Made by a program: the position numbers and the translations under genes. Below are positions 45,101 through 57,259 of a stretch of DNA of 64,000 bases, in pieces (within the stretch, counting starts at the first letter, position 1; each line of letters opens with the position of its first letter). The notes beneath the pieces were generated by a model. The model was not told where the DNA came from. It did no database searches and saw nothing but the letters and a program-made list of their open reading frames with translations. Source of the DNA: Azolla caroliniana (taxonomy: Eukaryota > Plantae > Polypodiophyta); contig JBHGNT010000004.1 in NCBI GenBank assembly GCA_043228905.1, positions 9,238,001 to 9,302,000 of the forward strand, read 5' to 3'.

Positions 45101-48100
45101 GGATCGGCAAACCGCTGACATTTTCACCAAGCCCGTTGGTCTGGACAAGTTGCGGCAATTCTTGGGTGCGCTTGAGTTGCGGCACCTTGATGTGCCGAAC
45201 TTGAGGGGGAGAAAAGTCCCGCAAGACCAAGGAAAGAACAAGAAAGAAGCAGGAGTGACCGCGACATCAAACCGGATGACGAATTCGATTTAGTGTTGAC
45301 TGAAGAAGCCGAAGGCGGATCCACAGAAGAGTCTGGAAGCGGACGAGAGGGCAGCAGCCGAAAGAAAGAGCCGGAGCCAAACAAACATGTGGGAGATGAA
45401 GCCAACAAGGCCGAGAAGGCCAAGATTGAGGACGAATTGGAGACAGCCAATTCGGACAAAAGCGGAGACGAATCGAAGGCCAAGCGGAATAAAGGGCAGT
45501 AGAAAAGGCGCCAACACCGTGATAGCAAGGGAGCTGGAAAAGGCCGCACGAGCAAACAAGCCAACCGAAAGGGTCAAGGCGTAGGGAATTGAACAGGTCG
45601 AGGAGTACGAGCGAGGCATGAAGCCAAGAAAAACTGGAGGGAAGTGTTGGGGACAAGGTCGTCAGTGCGGAAGAACAAACAACATCTGTGATGTTGAAGG
45701 ACCTATGTATGAGAATGAACAAGATATACACAAATAGAGACAGAGAGAGATAGGCACAAAGAAATGTTTTATTTCTTAATAGCAACAGTTACAAATGACA
45801 ACCGACCTTCACTAAAGGTTACAAAGTCACTTTATATAGTGACTATCCTAGGGCAACTGCCCTTTATGCTATTTACAGAAATAGCCCAAACTTGGGTTGT
45901 CCATAGGGACAGTGTGAATACGGTCATTATACACTCGTATTCGACACTCCCTCGTAATGGGCGTATACATGGCTTATTTGGAATTACAAGTATATACAAA
46001 GTATATTGGACAGATCGGTTTTGTTCAAGTCGGCAAGATCTGAAGACAAAAAACTGAACCAGTCGGGTCGGAAGAGCTAAAGTCGATCCTCAAAGGACCG
46101 ATGTCGGTTGTCCGAAACCATCCTGTGTTGTGTGTCCGACTTTAACCGAACCGATTTTTCATTACCCCCATCTGGGGCCGGAGGGACCGGAAGCGATCCG
46201 CCGAAAGACACTTGGGCATTCCATCTACGACATTACCGGTTATGGAAATCTTCGAGACCGATTTTCCGTGAAATGACACAGTCCCGAACAAAGTGATATC
46301 AAACGTCGATATGCTTGGAGAACTGAGTGGTGAACCGGATTTTTTGACAAAGCAACAGCACCCTAACTATCGTTGTAGACAACTGGAGCCGAGTGTAGGT
46401 CGACTTGTCGAAACGTGTGCGCCAACCAACCGAGCCATAAAGCTTCTTTTGCCGCGTCGGACGTAGCTACATATTCCGCTTCGGTCGTTGAGGTGGTTGT
46501 GCACTCCTGAAGTTTCAACTTCCACAAGATTGCTCCATTGTCGAATTTGTAACAATATCCGGTCATTGATTTCCGACTGTCCACGCAGTCGGCGAAGTCC
46601 GAGTCGATGTAACCGACTACGCTTGAGGTTGAGTTCGGGCCAAAAAGAATATTGTGGTCTTTTGTGCCAACTAGATATTTGAACGCATGCACACTATCGG
46701 AAACTTATGAAAAGAAGGTCGCCGCGATGAAGATGTATCTAATCCGGTGCCTCTACAACTTGTGGATTAAAGAATGTCGTGGTCTTTTGTGACAGCTAGA
46801 TATCTGAACACATGCTTGACTGCGTTCCAATACAATCAGCCTAGGTTGTGCATGAATCTGCTGACGACTCCTACGACGTGAGAAATATCAGGCCGTGTCA
46901 CGACCATCGCGTACATAAAGGAGCCGATTTCCGGTCCATACGATACGGACTTCATATCTTCCCCCTCCGGACCAGTTGTCAGGTCTCGCTGAGATAACCG
47001 AAGGTTAATGGGGAGCGGGGTCGAAGCAGAGTTGGCCGACTGCATGTTGAAGCGTTCCAAGACACATCTGATGTAGTCGGTTTGAGACAAGAAAAGTTGT
47101 CGTTTATCGCGATGCCGACTAATCTTCATACCAAGTATGTGTCTTGCCGAACAGAGCTCCTTCATGGAAAACTTCAACCGCAATTTCCGAACGAGTTCAG
47201 TGAGCTCTCTGGCATGTTGGCCGAAGAGTAGCACGTCGTCCACGTAAATGATGAGGAAGACGGGAGACCCATCTTGAGTTGTTTTGGTGAAGAGACAGTA
47301 GTCCTCATCGCTCTTCGAGAAGCCGACCGACTGGATGAAGTCATCGAACTTCCTGTACCACTGTCGGGGTGCCTATTTCAGGCCGTATAAAGTCTTCCTG
47401 AGTTGGCAGACTAGATGTTCCTGGTCGGATGCCACAAACCCTTTCAGCTACTCCATATAGATTTCCTCCTATAGGTCACCGTGGAGGAATGTCGTTTTTA
47501 CATCTACCTGAATCAACTCCAAGTTGTCGGTGGCCACGACGTCGAGCATGAAACGAAGGGTTGTTATTTTCACCACTGGTGAAAAGATTTCGTCGAAGTT
47601 GACACCATATTCTTGTCTAAATCCCTTCGCAACTAATCTGGCCTTGTACTTTGGGTTGGTCTAGTCAGACATCTCATTTAGTCGATAGACCCACTTACAC
47701 GGAAGAGCACGTCGATACTTTGGCAATTCGACCAGGTCCCAAGTCTTGTTTGCGCGAATGGAGTGCATTTCCGACTCCATCGCCAGATGCCAGGTGGTTG
47801 AGTCGTCAGATGCTGATGCTTCTTCGTAAGACATCAGTTCGCCGGCGTCGGTAAAGAAAATTCCGGGAGAGTACCTTTCTGGAGGTTGTGACAGTCTCTC
47901 GGATCTTCGAGGTATGACTGGACTGGTCCCACCAGGTATAGGTGTCAGATGGTCGGAAGCCGAACCATTCAGTTATGCTCAATCAGTGGATTCAGGACGA
48001 GAGGTGTCGGTTACCCGTGAAACTGATCTCGTGTTGTGGGTTGGGCTTTCATGAAGGGTTGGCACTTCGGAAACTATTACCCTTCCGACTTCAATAGGCC

Positions 48101-48597
48101 TTTCGGCCGTTTTATGCATAGCCGACTCGTTGAACACGACGTTGTCCAAATTTCAGACAATTTGTCTGCGCTCGAGGTCCCACAGTCGGTATCCGAACTC
48201 GCCGTCGAGTCCATATCCAAAGAAAACACATTTCCTTGATCTTGGTTCAAGTTTCCGGCGGTCTTCTTTCGGTATGAAGGCATACGCCTCGCAACCGAAG
48301 ATCCTCAGCTTGTCATAATTCAGCTTACTACCGGTCCATGTTTCCTGAGGTATTTTAAGTCCTAGAGGTCTACTTGGCGACATATTTATTATGTGTACTA
48401 CTGTAAGTAGAGCCTCCGCCCAGAAGCCATCTGACAGTCCGGAGTGTTGGAGCATGGATACTATCCGTTCTTGAATCGTCTGATTCATGCGTTTAGCAAT
48501 TCCGTTCTGCTCCGAACTATAGGGTGCCGTATATTCACGTGGTCTTCTGTGATGTTGAAGGACCTGTGTATGAGAATGAACAAGATACACACAGATA

Positions 48598-48638
<41 letters not shown>

Positions 48639-49325
48639 GCACAAAGAAACGTTTTATTTCTGAATAGCAACAGTTTCAAATGACAACCGACCTTCACTAA
48701 AGGTTACAAAGTCACTTGATATAGTGACTATCCTAAGGCAACTGCCCTTTTTGCTATTTACAAAAATAACCCAAACTTGGGCTATCCAAAGGGACAGTGT
48801 GAATACGGACATTATACACTCGTATTCGACACGAAGGATTGGAAGAGCCTCAGGTTGAGCTTGAGGGGGAGTGTTGAAATACAAGCTCAACATTGACCGG
48901 ATCGGTTGTGCAAGTGAAGAACTGGATCAGTTTGGACCGATCGGTTAGGCCGGATCGGTGTGTAAACCCGTTCGTAAATTGGTGCGCAAACCGGTGTGCA
49001 ACAAGAAGCCGGATCGGTGCGGAAATCGGGAGGTTGTTGAATAGATATTCTACGACGGAATATATTTGGGAGTTAGTGTAGGAGCTCAGTTATGAGCATT
49101 GAAGTACGTGTCAATACTTCTGCCAGTCCGTATGGACTTGTATAAAAGTGTTCTTTGAGCACATCCTATGTACAGAGTTTACACATTATTCGAATTCAGT
49201 TTTTCTGTGTGTGTTTTCCTCTCACTCTCTCCCGTGTACATTGTGTCTTAAGCTCTCCATTAAACCTATTTTTTTCTCTATGGGTATTATGTGTTTTGTA
49301 TAGCTTCCGCACGTAACATTTCACA
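42189..49325 (+). mobile_element. Ty1/Copia element H (same family as G), 5'-truncated, interrupted by K
   Basis: Integrase ORF 42190..43092; RT and RNase H pieces 43602-45204; PPT about 48861-48871; 3' LTR 48872-49325. Confidence 0.9.
45645..48831 (-). mobile_element. Ty1/Copia element K; gag, protease, PBS and the U5 end of the 5' LTR deleted
   Basis: LTRs 45645-45946 and about 48546-48831; TSD GGAAG/CGAAG; integrase C-terminus, RT and RNase H remnants; (GA)n expanded in one LTR (48596-48636). Confidence 0.87.
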
Positions 49326-52300
49326 CTCTACCTCGAGGTCCATGCTTGCCGCTATGCCCAAAACCGTCCGTATGGATGTCATCTTTACTACCAGGGCAAA
49401 GATCTCATCGAAGTCTACTCCTTTCTTTTGTTGGAAGCCCTTCACTATGATTCGGGCCTTATACCTTGGTGGATTTCCAGCATCTCCCGGTTTCAGCTTG
49501 TACACCCACTTGTTCCGGAGTGCTCTCTTCCCTTTTAGCAAATCCATCAGTTCATATGTGTGGTTCTCATGCAGGGAAACCATCTCATCCTGCATGGCAC
49601 TCAACCACTTGCCACTGTGGGTGTCTCTCTTTGCTTCTTCGAATCTTTCCGGCTCCCCCTCATCGGTTAGCAACACATGCTCTGCATGAGGAAATCTCCG
49701 GGGGGCTCTTCTCTCTCGGAGAGGATATCTCCGTCCCTGGTTTCTAACTATCAATTCCTTCGTTTGTTCCTTATCCGAATCCGATTCAGGATCTTGTGTT
49801 GTTACGGTGTGTCCTTCTTCTTCTTCTTCTTCTTCTTCTTCTTCGGTCAGTTCAGTTTCTTGTCCGTATCTAGACGGTTTGTCGAGTGTCATCCGGTTAC
49901 CTCTCCGGTTTGCCTCTCCGGTCCGAACCGTTTCGGTTCAAACTCTTCTTAGAATCGGTAGTGCTGGTTTCTTTCTCTTTCCGGAAATGCTGGAAGTTCT
50001 TCTGGAAGTGCCCTGGCTTCCCACAATAGAAGCAAGTAGGCCTCCCGCTTGACTTCGACCTCGTCCCTGATTTGTCTCGATTTTGGGGACTCCGATACCG
50101 GCCTCTTCCCTAGTTGTGGTCATCTTCCGCAACCAAGGCCTTCGGATTGGTTCCGGACTCCCGGTCCTTCCAACGAGCTTCTTCATCTTACAAGCTTGAC
50201 TTGACTCTTGCGAGGGACAACTGTTTTCCTTCCGCCCCGGCGTTGCCCAATGTGACAACTAACGTCTCCCAGCTATCCGGGAGGGAACCGAGCAAGAGCA
50301 ATGCGAGTACCTCATCGGTGAGAGGTACTTCCAGCAAGGTTGCTTTGTGTATTAGCCCCTGGAAGGCATTCATGTGCTCCGCCATACTAGAGTCGTCCTG
50401 GTACCGGAGCCTCACTAGCTTCCAGAATACCGAAACCCAATTAACGGCATTCTTGTTCTGGAACATGATGTCGATCTTCTCCCAGAGTTCATGAGCCTTA
50501 GTCTCTTCATTGAAGTTGTTGTGCAGGCTCATGACAATGAAGCACTGGATGTATGCCGTCATCTTAATGTGCATCACCTCCCACACTTTGGCGTCGATCT
50601 TATCCGGTCTCTTATCCCCGAAGTGAACCGGCAACCAAAGATCTTTAACCACCAGCATATCCCTCATCTTCAACTTCCACACTGAGTAGTTGGAGGGGTG
50701 AGCTTGAACATGTTGCTGAACGATTCTTCCATTTCCTGTGTTGTTCGCTCTGATACCAGATTGAGGGAAATAGCGTGGAATTTTTCTTGGCCACAACCGA
50801 GTCTTGAATCACTTGTCGATGAGAATCAAACACAAAAATGGGAAGTAGGGAGATTGATACGCATACGCACACAAACAACGATAGAGGATACACAAGTTGT
50901 TTACGTGGAAAAACCCTAATAGGGAAAAAACCATGGGAGCCCATAGACTCCAAATTATCACTATTTGAGAAAGGTACAATCAGAGACTCGGAGGCAACGA
51001 CCTCGAGCTCTGTTTCTTCATCGAGTGGCGGTTACAACAGAGTATCGCTCTATATCTCTCTATATATATATACAACAATTATGCACATACAAGAATAGGA
51101 CAACAACCTTACAAAGTGATTGCCCTAAGTCATATTTATACTTATATGAACTTAGGGCTATTTAAAAATATAGCCTCAATAGGCTTACTCAAAACATATT
51201 TACAAATATGTCTTCTCTTCCGGTTCTCACCGGGTCCATCCGATCCATAACCGGATACCATCCGGAGGGACCGATTTCCCAACATGGTACACATCATTAG
51301 TGTGCACCACATAAATCGATTTCCCATTACCAAATGACCAATCTTTCTATGGTTCCTCGACTACCAACTCTGGAATTGGGAAAACTAATATAGGCAATGC
51401 CAATATTGATTGCCAAATATACTCATATCAATGTGGTATATGAAACTTATTTCTGATTGTCCGAAAGACTATCATTTTCCTACGTGACTCTAGAATACCA
51501 TTTTCTACAATTACCAAACCTAGCCTTGCCATTCGATTAAGCTATGAATTTAGACTTTCTTTTCCCTCCCAGTGTAATATCCTTGAAGCTACCAACACCT
51601 CGAATGCCAATGAATTTATATCTTTTCTGCACTTAGGAGGCCTCCAATTAATCAATTTCAAACACTGCTACCAAGAAAACACCAATTGTTGAACCATACT
51701 AGATTCTAAACACTTAAATTGCTGGGTACTATTAACAACATGCCACCACGAAGCTGTATTTCTCGTTTTCCCATGGTAAATACCAACCTTTTCCACAAAA
51801 TAAGTAATTATTTCTGCCCAAGGTTGGGTACCTAAGCACATACCTTTCAAAAGATTGAATCTTTGAGCCACCATATGATCTTCTAAATTGAGTAAAGCAG
51901 CACCCCCTAACTGTTTTTGAGTACAAATATTGTTCCATGATACCCAAATCCTACCAAGGTTTGTGTCTTTCTTCCATAGTGTATATTTAAGTGAACGAGC
52001 TAAATGATCAAAAGACATAGGAGATGCAACTTTTGGTATAAGTTTAACCAAACCAACTTTCCATGAATCGGGCATTTTACCAAAACTCCACATTTCTTGG
52101 AATATCAGTGTTATAGGGGCTTTGAGTTCTTATAAAAAGGCTTTAAAAAACTCGTTTGTAATGCCATCCCAACCCGGGCTTTTATCAATTGCAAGATGTG
52201 ATAATACATATTCCACCTCCTCCTCCTTTATATCCTCCTCCAATGCGATCATGTCATGTTGTCCATCACTCACCTTGACTGAGTTAAATAGCATCGATTG

Positions 52301-53098
52301 CGTTTGTGTTATGTCATCATTCATAATACAGTCTTGCCCAAAAAGATTTGTGCAGTATTTAACACAATTATCAATAATCCCTTGTGGGTTTGTATTCAAA
52401 GTTCCATCAATCTCTACACTTACCACATTCATTCTAGCATGAGATGCCTGCAACCCATGGTAAAACTTATGTGAATTACAGTTGTGATCATGTACTTCAT
52501 TTTTCAAGCATGCTATGGGACTTGTCTTATAAACTCTCCCACCAATTGTCCCGTAGCATGCTTAGATTTATCATGTCCAAGAAAAGATGAATTAAATCTC
52601 AATGGTTGTCTCCCCAATAAAGATCTAAAACCATCCACAGTTTGATGTGTGCATTCCAAAACAACTAGGAAATGATCTGATGATCCAATCCCCCTAACCA
52701 CTTGCATAGTCAAAAACTCTAGCAAGAATGTATCATCATGCATAATATAAATGTGATCCAGTCTACTCCAAGTTTATCTATATTGTGCCGATTGAAAGGT
52801 ATAACCAACACCATTTCCATTGATCCAAGTCCATGCATCATACCTTATGACATCCATCATAAGCAAATCCCATACCTCTCTCATTCAAGAGCATCCATCA
52901 AGCCATGCATCGAAGTAGATTGGCGCATCTCAAAACACATATTAAAATCCCCTAACAAAAAACCGGATCTCCGATGAAGCAAAACTTGATTTAAGCATCT
53001 CCAAAGTTCCGTACAATGTCTTGCAACATTCGATCCATAAATACCAACCACCCAAATTTGTTACCCTTCATAATTAACTTCAATCACCAAAAACCGAC

Positions 53099-56000
53099 TG
53101 TGTACATCACTTTGAACGACTACGGGTTTCAAGCTACCGTACGGCTTTGCTACCGGCCGAGCCCAGTTGTATTCTGTTTACCTTAATCAATTCTTTCCAT
53201 AGTTCGGGTCGATCTCTTCTTGTTTCAAGTTTCATCTCTATTTCTTCCCTTTGTATCTGTTTCCTCGCTCTACCTGTGAGCTGCATGACACGGTTCCGTT
53301 CGCAAACATACACACTCGATGTCCCGCTTCCGGTAACCATCTAGGCACACCGTCACGGTTGCTCTTCCTAGTCCCTATGACTCCTTGGTCTGGGACTCCC
53401 GTGGTCCTGCCCGTTTCAACACTTACTGGCTACATCATTGGTGAACCCGACGTGAAAGGGGTAGCAGAGGAGTCCGGAGATGAGAGGAAGTGAACTTGCC
53501 GAAGCAATGGTGGTGGCTGTAACCGCCTAATTAACGCTCACTAGGGCACAAGCACCCTTGATAGGGCCATAGAAACGATGCTCGACAAGATAGGTCAGTT
53601 TAATGGGAAAGACGTAACAAGCTACCTGGAGACCTACAGGGCCGAGATGTTGATGAGGAATATTCCAGAGGACAGACAGCTGTCCGGATTCCCTCGGGTC
53701 GTAACACCGAGCACCCATGCAGAGGTGCTCGAAGTGCAAGCGGACTGCCATAATTGGGCAGACTTCGAGGCGCGGTTGCTCGAGAAGTACGGCTTCGATG
53801 ATTCTCTACAATTGTCGAAGAAGGACTTTATGGATTGGGTCGAGAGCCCCGACAAGGGACGAAATACATCAACTTTGCTTCAAGAGTTCGAAAAGCGGCT
53901 CGCGTGACTCTCGATGCTAGAACGGACCGTGTTCCATACGAGCAAGGTCCTACTGTATGTGAAGTCGATCGATGTGCTTGACCGCGAAAAGGTTGGTTTC
54001 TTCTTGGAGACGGATGAAGGGCTCACGGTCTACTAGGCCATGGTTAAAAGATTTTGTAGCCGTTTCGATAAACCGTAGGATTGTAACGACGCGAGGTCGT
54101 CGACAACCGGTGCGGGTGCCGGGAGGAAGCCAGAGGAATCGATTCTGACGAGAGCGGACAAAAGGAGACAGTGACTTGAATCAGGCACGGCGCCAACCAA
54201 TGTGGTCGCAAGACCGTCGGGGGGAGCGGATCTAGAGGAGCTAATGAAGATGGTGCGTGATCTCCAGATCGCTTAGGCTTGAAGGGTCGGTGGAGGCCAA
54301 TCGCGAGACCAACGGCCACTAATTGACTAACGGTGTAAATGGTGTGATGTCGTTGGCCATGCCTGAAGGGAGTGGGCCGACTTCGGCAAAGCGCTTAGAA
54401 GTAACGTGGTGTACCTTTGGAATGGTCGAGTGCATGCGAGTGACACATGAAGGCCGCACGAATTAAACACCAGATGAGGCGGCATGAAGAGGATAATGGA
54501 GGAGGCAGCAACACATCATGTCGAGGCCATTCACTACTCGATCCTGGCTGGCATCTGTGTGAGCGGAGAGAAAGCTACCGGCTCCGGGGCCGAATCAGGA
54601 TTTTGGCTGCTACTACTAGAGGGCTTCCACGGAAAGAAATTGAAGAAGGAGGAAGTCAACCGCGCGGAGAGGCGGGTTCGTGAAGTTACCGGATGGAGCG
54701 ATCCGGTTGAGGACAAGATCGGCTTCGTAGAAGCCGCGTTGCAGAACTGCAAGATTCTGGTCAAGGACAAGCGGGCCGGAAAGGCCGGAGGGGTAGGCCC
54801 TTCGGGGAGTTATGACACCCGGAGCGGACCCAACTGACGTGATTCACAAGAGAAAGAAAAGGGGAAGTTCTCGAGCTTCTAGTTAAGCTCAGAGATAGAG
54901 CAAACTGTGGACCTACGGAAGGTCCTCGAGGAGCGAATCCTCGATAGTCGCGTGTAACTCACGGTGCGGGAAGTGCTAGGAATAACAAAGAAAGAGTTTC
55001 ACAATGGCATCATGGACCTGGTAAAGAGGAAGCGACTCTCGACAGAGCTAGAGCCAAAGAAGCCGATCGAAGTAAAGGTGTCCTACATCAAAGAGGTTGT
55101 GATGGAAGAGAAGTTCCCGGACAGCCACTATATGAACCCACACTAGGCCAGAGCGACAACGGAAACCCCCTGTCCGAATCCGGAACGTGAAAGAGCTGGT
55201 GGTGCCGCTAATCGACCACAGGTCAAAGATTAACTTAATTTCCATGGACTTCTACGAGAAGGGTAAATGGTCGATCAACACGAAGCATGGGTGGAAGATA
55301 TGCACGGCGACCCACGCTACGGAGGAGGTTCATGGAGCGTGCCCAAACGTCCGGGTGAAGGTCAGGGATGTGGAGATCGATAAACACTTCTTCGTACAGG
55401 AGACATCCTCCCATCCAGTGATTCTTGGTGAACCATACATTACGGCGGCTCGTGTGGAGACCAAAGTGTTGGACAGCAGATCGGCATACGCAAGGGTAAA
55501 GAGCTAGGATGGTAAGCACTACTTCCAATTCCTGGCGGTGAGGCCAAATCATGAACAAAACCATGATTCTCTCGATGGCGAGGGCCGAGGGGATTTTTAG
55601 AGAGGACTATCAAGGCATGGGGCCGCGATAATCTAGACAACCGGAAGAATTCCCACACCTGTACCATAGGTAGGAAGTTTTGGCCCTCCGCTAGTGGAGG
55701 TTGTACCATAACCGACATCGATGGCCGAGAGAAGAAGCGGGTAGAAGGACCCTTGAAGGCTTGTGGCACCTTAGGCTCTGATGACGAGATTAGTGGCACC
55801 ATGGAGGCGGTTTCATTCGATGACACTCTCAGAGAGATCGAGAGGATGGCTAAAGAGGACCTATGTGAAATGTACGAAGTCATTGCGGACTTTGGAAGGA
55901 TGGTCGGGTCAGATCAAATAGCCCAGTGAGCACGAAGTACAAGACTGTGGACTGGAAGGTGAGGCCAATCGTGGCTCCCTTGCCAGAGGATAGCTGGGAA

Positions 56001-57259
56001 CGGATAAAAGGGGTTGCGGCCGACCCAAGTTTACGAAATCTGGCTGGCATAGGATATCGGTTCACCGACAAGATGCTACGAGAGCTCAAGATCGGTAGGG
56101 GTGGCTTCTTACTGCCTGCGGAGGAAGACCGGTTTCGAAGGATGCTGGAAAGGCATGGGAAAGGCTTCACACTCTCGCCAGGGGAGATCGGGTGCGTCGA
56201 CCTGATGATCGTGGATCCAATGGTGATCTTCACGGTACCGCACGTACCGTGGAATCTCAGGCTGGTTTCTATGCCGAGAGCTCACATACCGAAGTTGACA
56301 GAGCTACTCAAACAAAAGATCGAGATGGGGGTCCTCGAGCCATCGAGCGCCCCAACTCGAATCGGTGATTTACCGTGCCAAAGAAGAACGGCACGCTACA
56401 CTTCATTCAAGACCTGGAGCCGGTCAACAAAGTAACCATTCGAAACGTAGGGATTGGGCCGACAATTGACGAGTTTGCGGAAGCCTTCATGGGAAGTTCG
56501 ACCTACTTGGTCGGCGACTTATACTCTGGATATAACCAATTCCAGCTAGCCATAGAGAGTGGGGACATCATGACGATGCGAACTCCTCTCAGCTTGGTTC
56601 AGATGTGTACCTTGCCGCAAGGAGGGACCAACTCGGTGGCACACATGGTGAATGCAATGATCAAGGTCTTGTAGGACTACATCTCGGACATCACCATGCC
56701 TTTCTTGGATGACATCCCGATCAAGGGATGTCCGGAGGAAGTGAAAGATGAATTGATCGGGCCGAACAGATGCCAGAGTTTTGTCGCGGCCCACATCTCC
56801 GACTGCAAGAAGATATTGCAGAGGCGTGAGAGCGCTCAGCTTACCTTCTCTGGGAAGAAGTCAGCTTTCGGACAATCCGAGATCCTCGTAGTGGGGCACC
56901 TGTGTGAACCATACTGCCGGAAACCGTCTTCGGCGAAAGTAGAGGCCATCTCCGCGATGAAGGAGGAATGGGGGTCGGTCTCGGAAGTCCGGAGATTCTT
57001 GGGAGCGTGCACCATCTACCACATTTGGATCCCACACTACCCACACCTTGCCGAACCGCTCTACCGGTTGCTAAAGAAAGGTCAGAAGTTCAAATGGGGC
57101 ACAAAGCACATAGGGGTTGTTCGGAAACTAAAGGACAAGTTGACAGTAGCACCAGCTCTCCGAAAATCGATATACAAGGCGGAAACTCCGGCTTACGTAA
57201 CAATGGATACGATTCCAACCAGAATCGGGTGGGTGGTTAATCAGGAAGACAAGGACGGG
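53099..57259 (+). mobile_element. Ty3/Gypsy element L (Trp-primed), truncated at the start of RNase H
   Basis: PBS TGGTGAACCCGACGTGAA 53439-53456; gag FNGKDVTSYL; protease LIDHRS; GGATTTTTAG frameshift site at 55591; RT MPFLDDIPIKG. Confidence 0.88.

Larger units (their letters stand above)
41690..51284 (-). mobile_element. Ty1/Copia element J (Tnt1/Tork-like gag), deleted, containing Copia H and K
   Basis: LTRs 41690 to about 42188 (truncated) and 50762-51284; TSD TGGTG/TGGTA; iMet PBS 50747-50758; gag NYSVWKLKMRDML and CFYCGKPGH; RT start 49326-49700. Confidence 0.88.
41002..53098 (-). mobile_element. L1-clade LINE ORF2, RT core deleted, interrupted by Copia J at 41690-51284
   Basis: Endonuclease motif SSDHF (about 52680), DKSPGWDGITNEFFKAF, KLIPK joined directly to WVSWNNICTQKQLGGAALLNL, zf-RVT remnant near 41450, AAG-rich tail 41002-41022. 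Confidence 0.83.
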
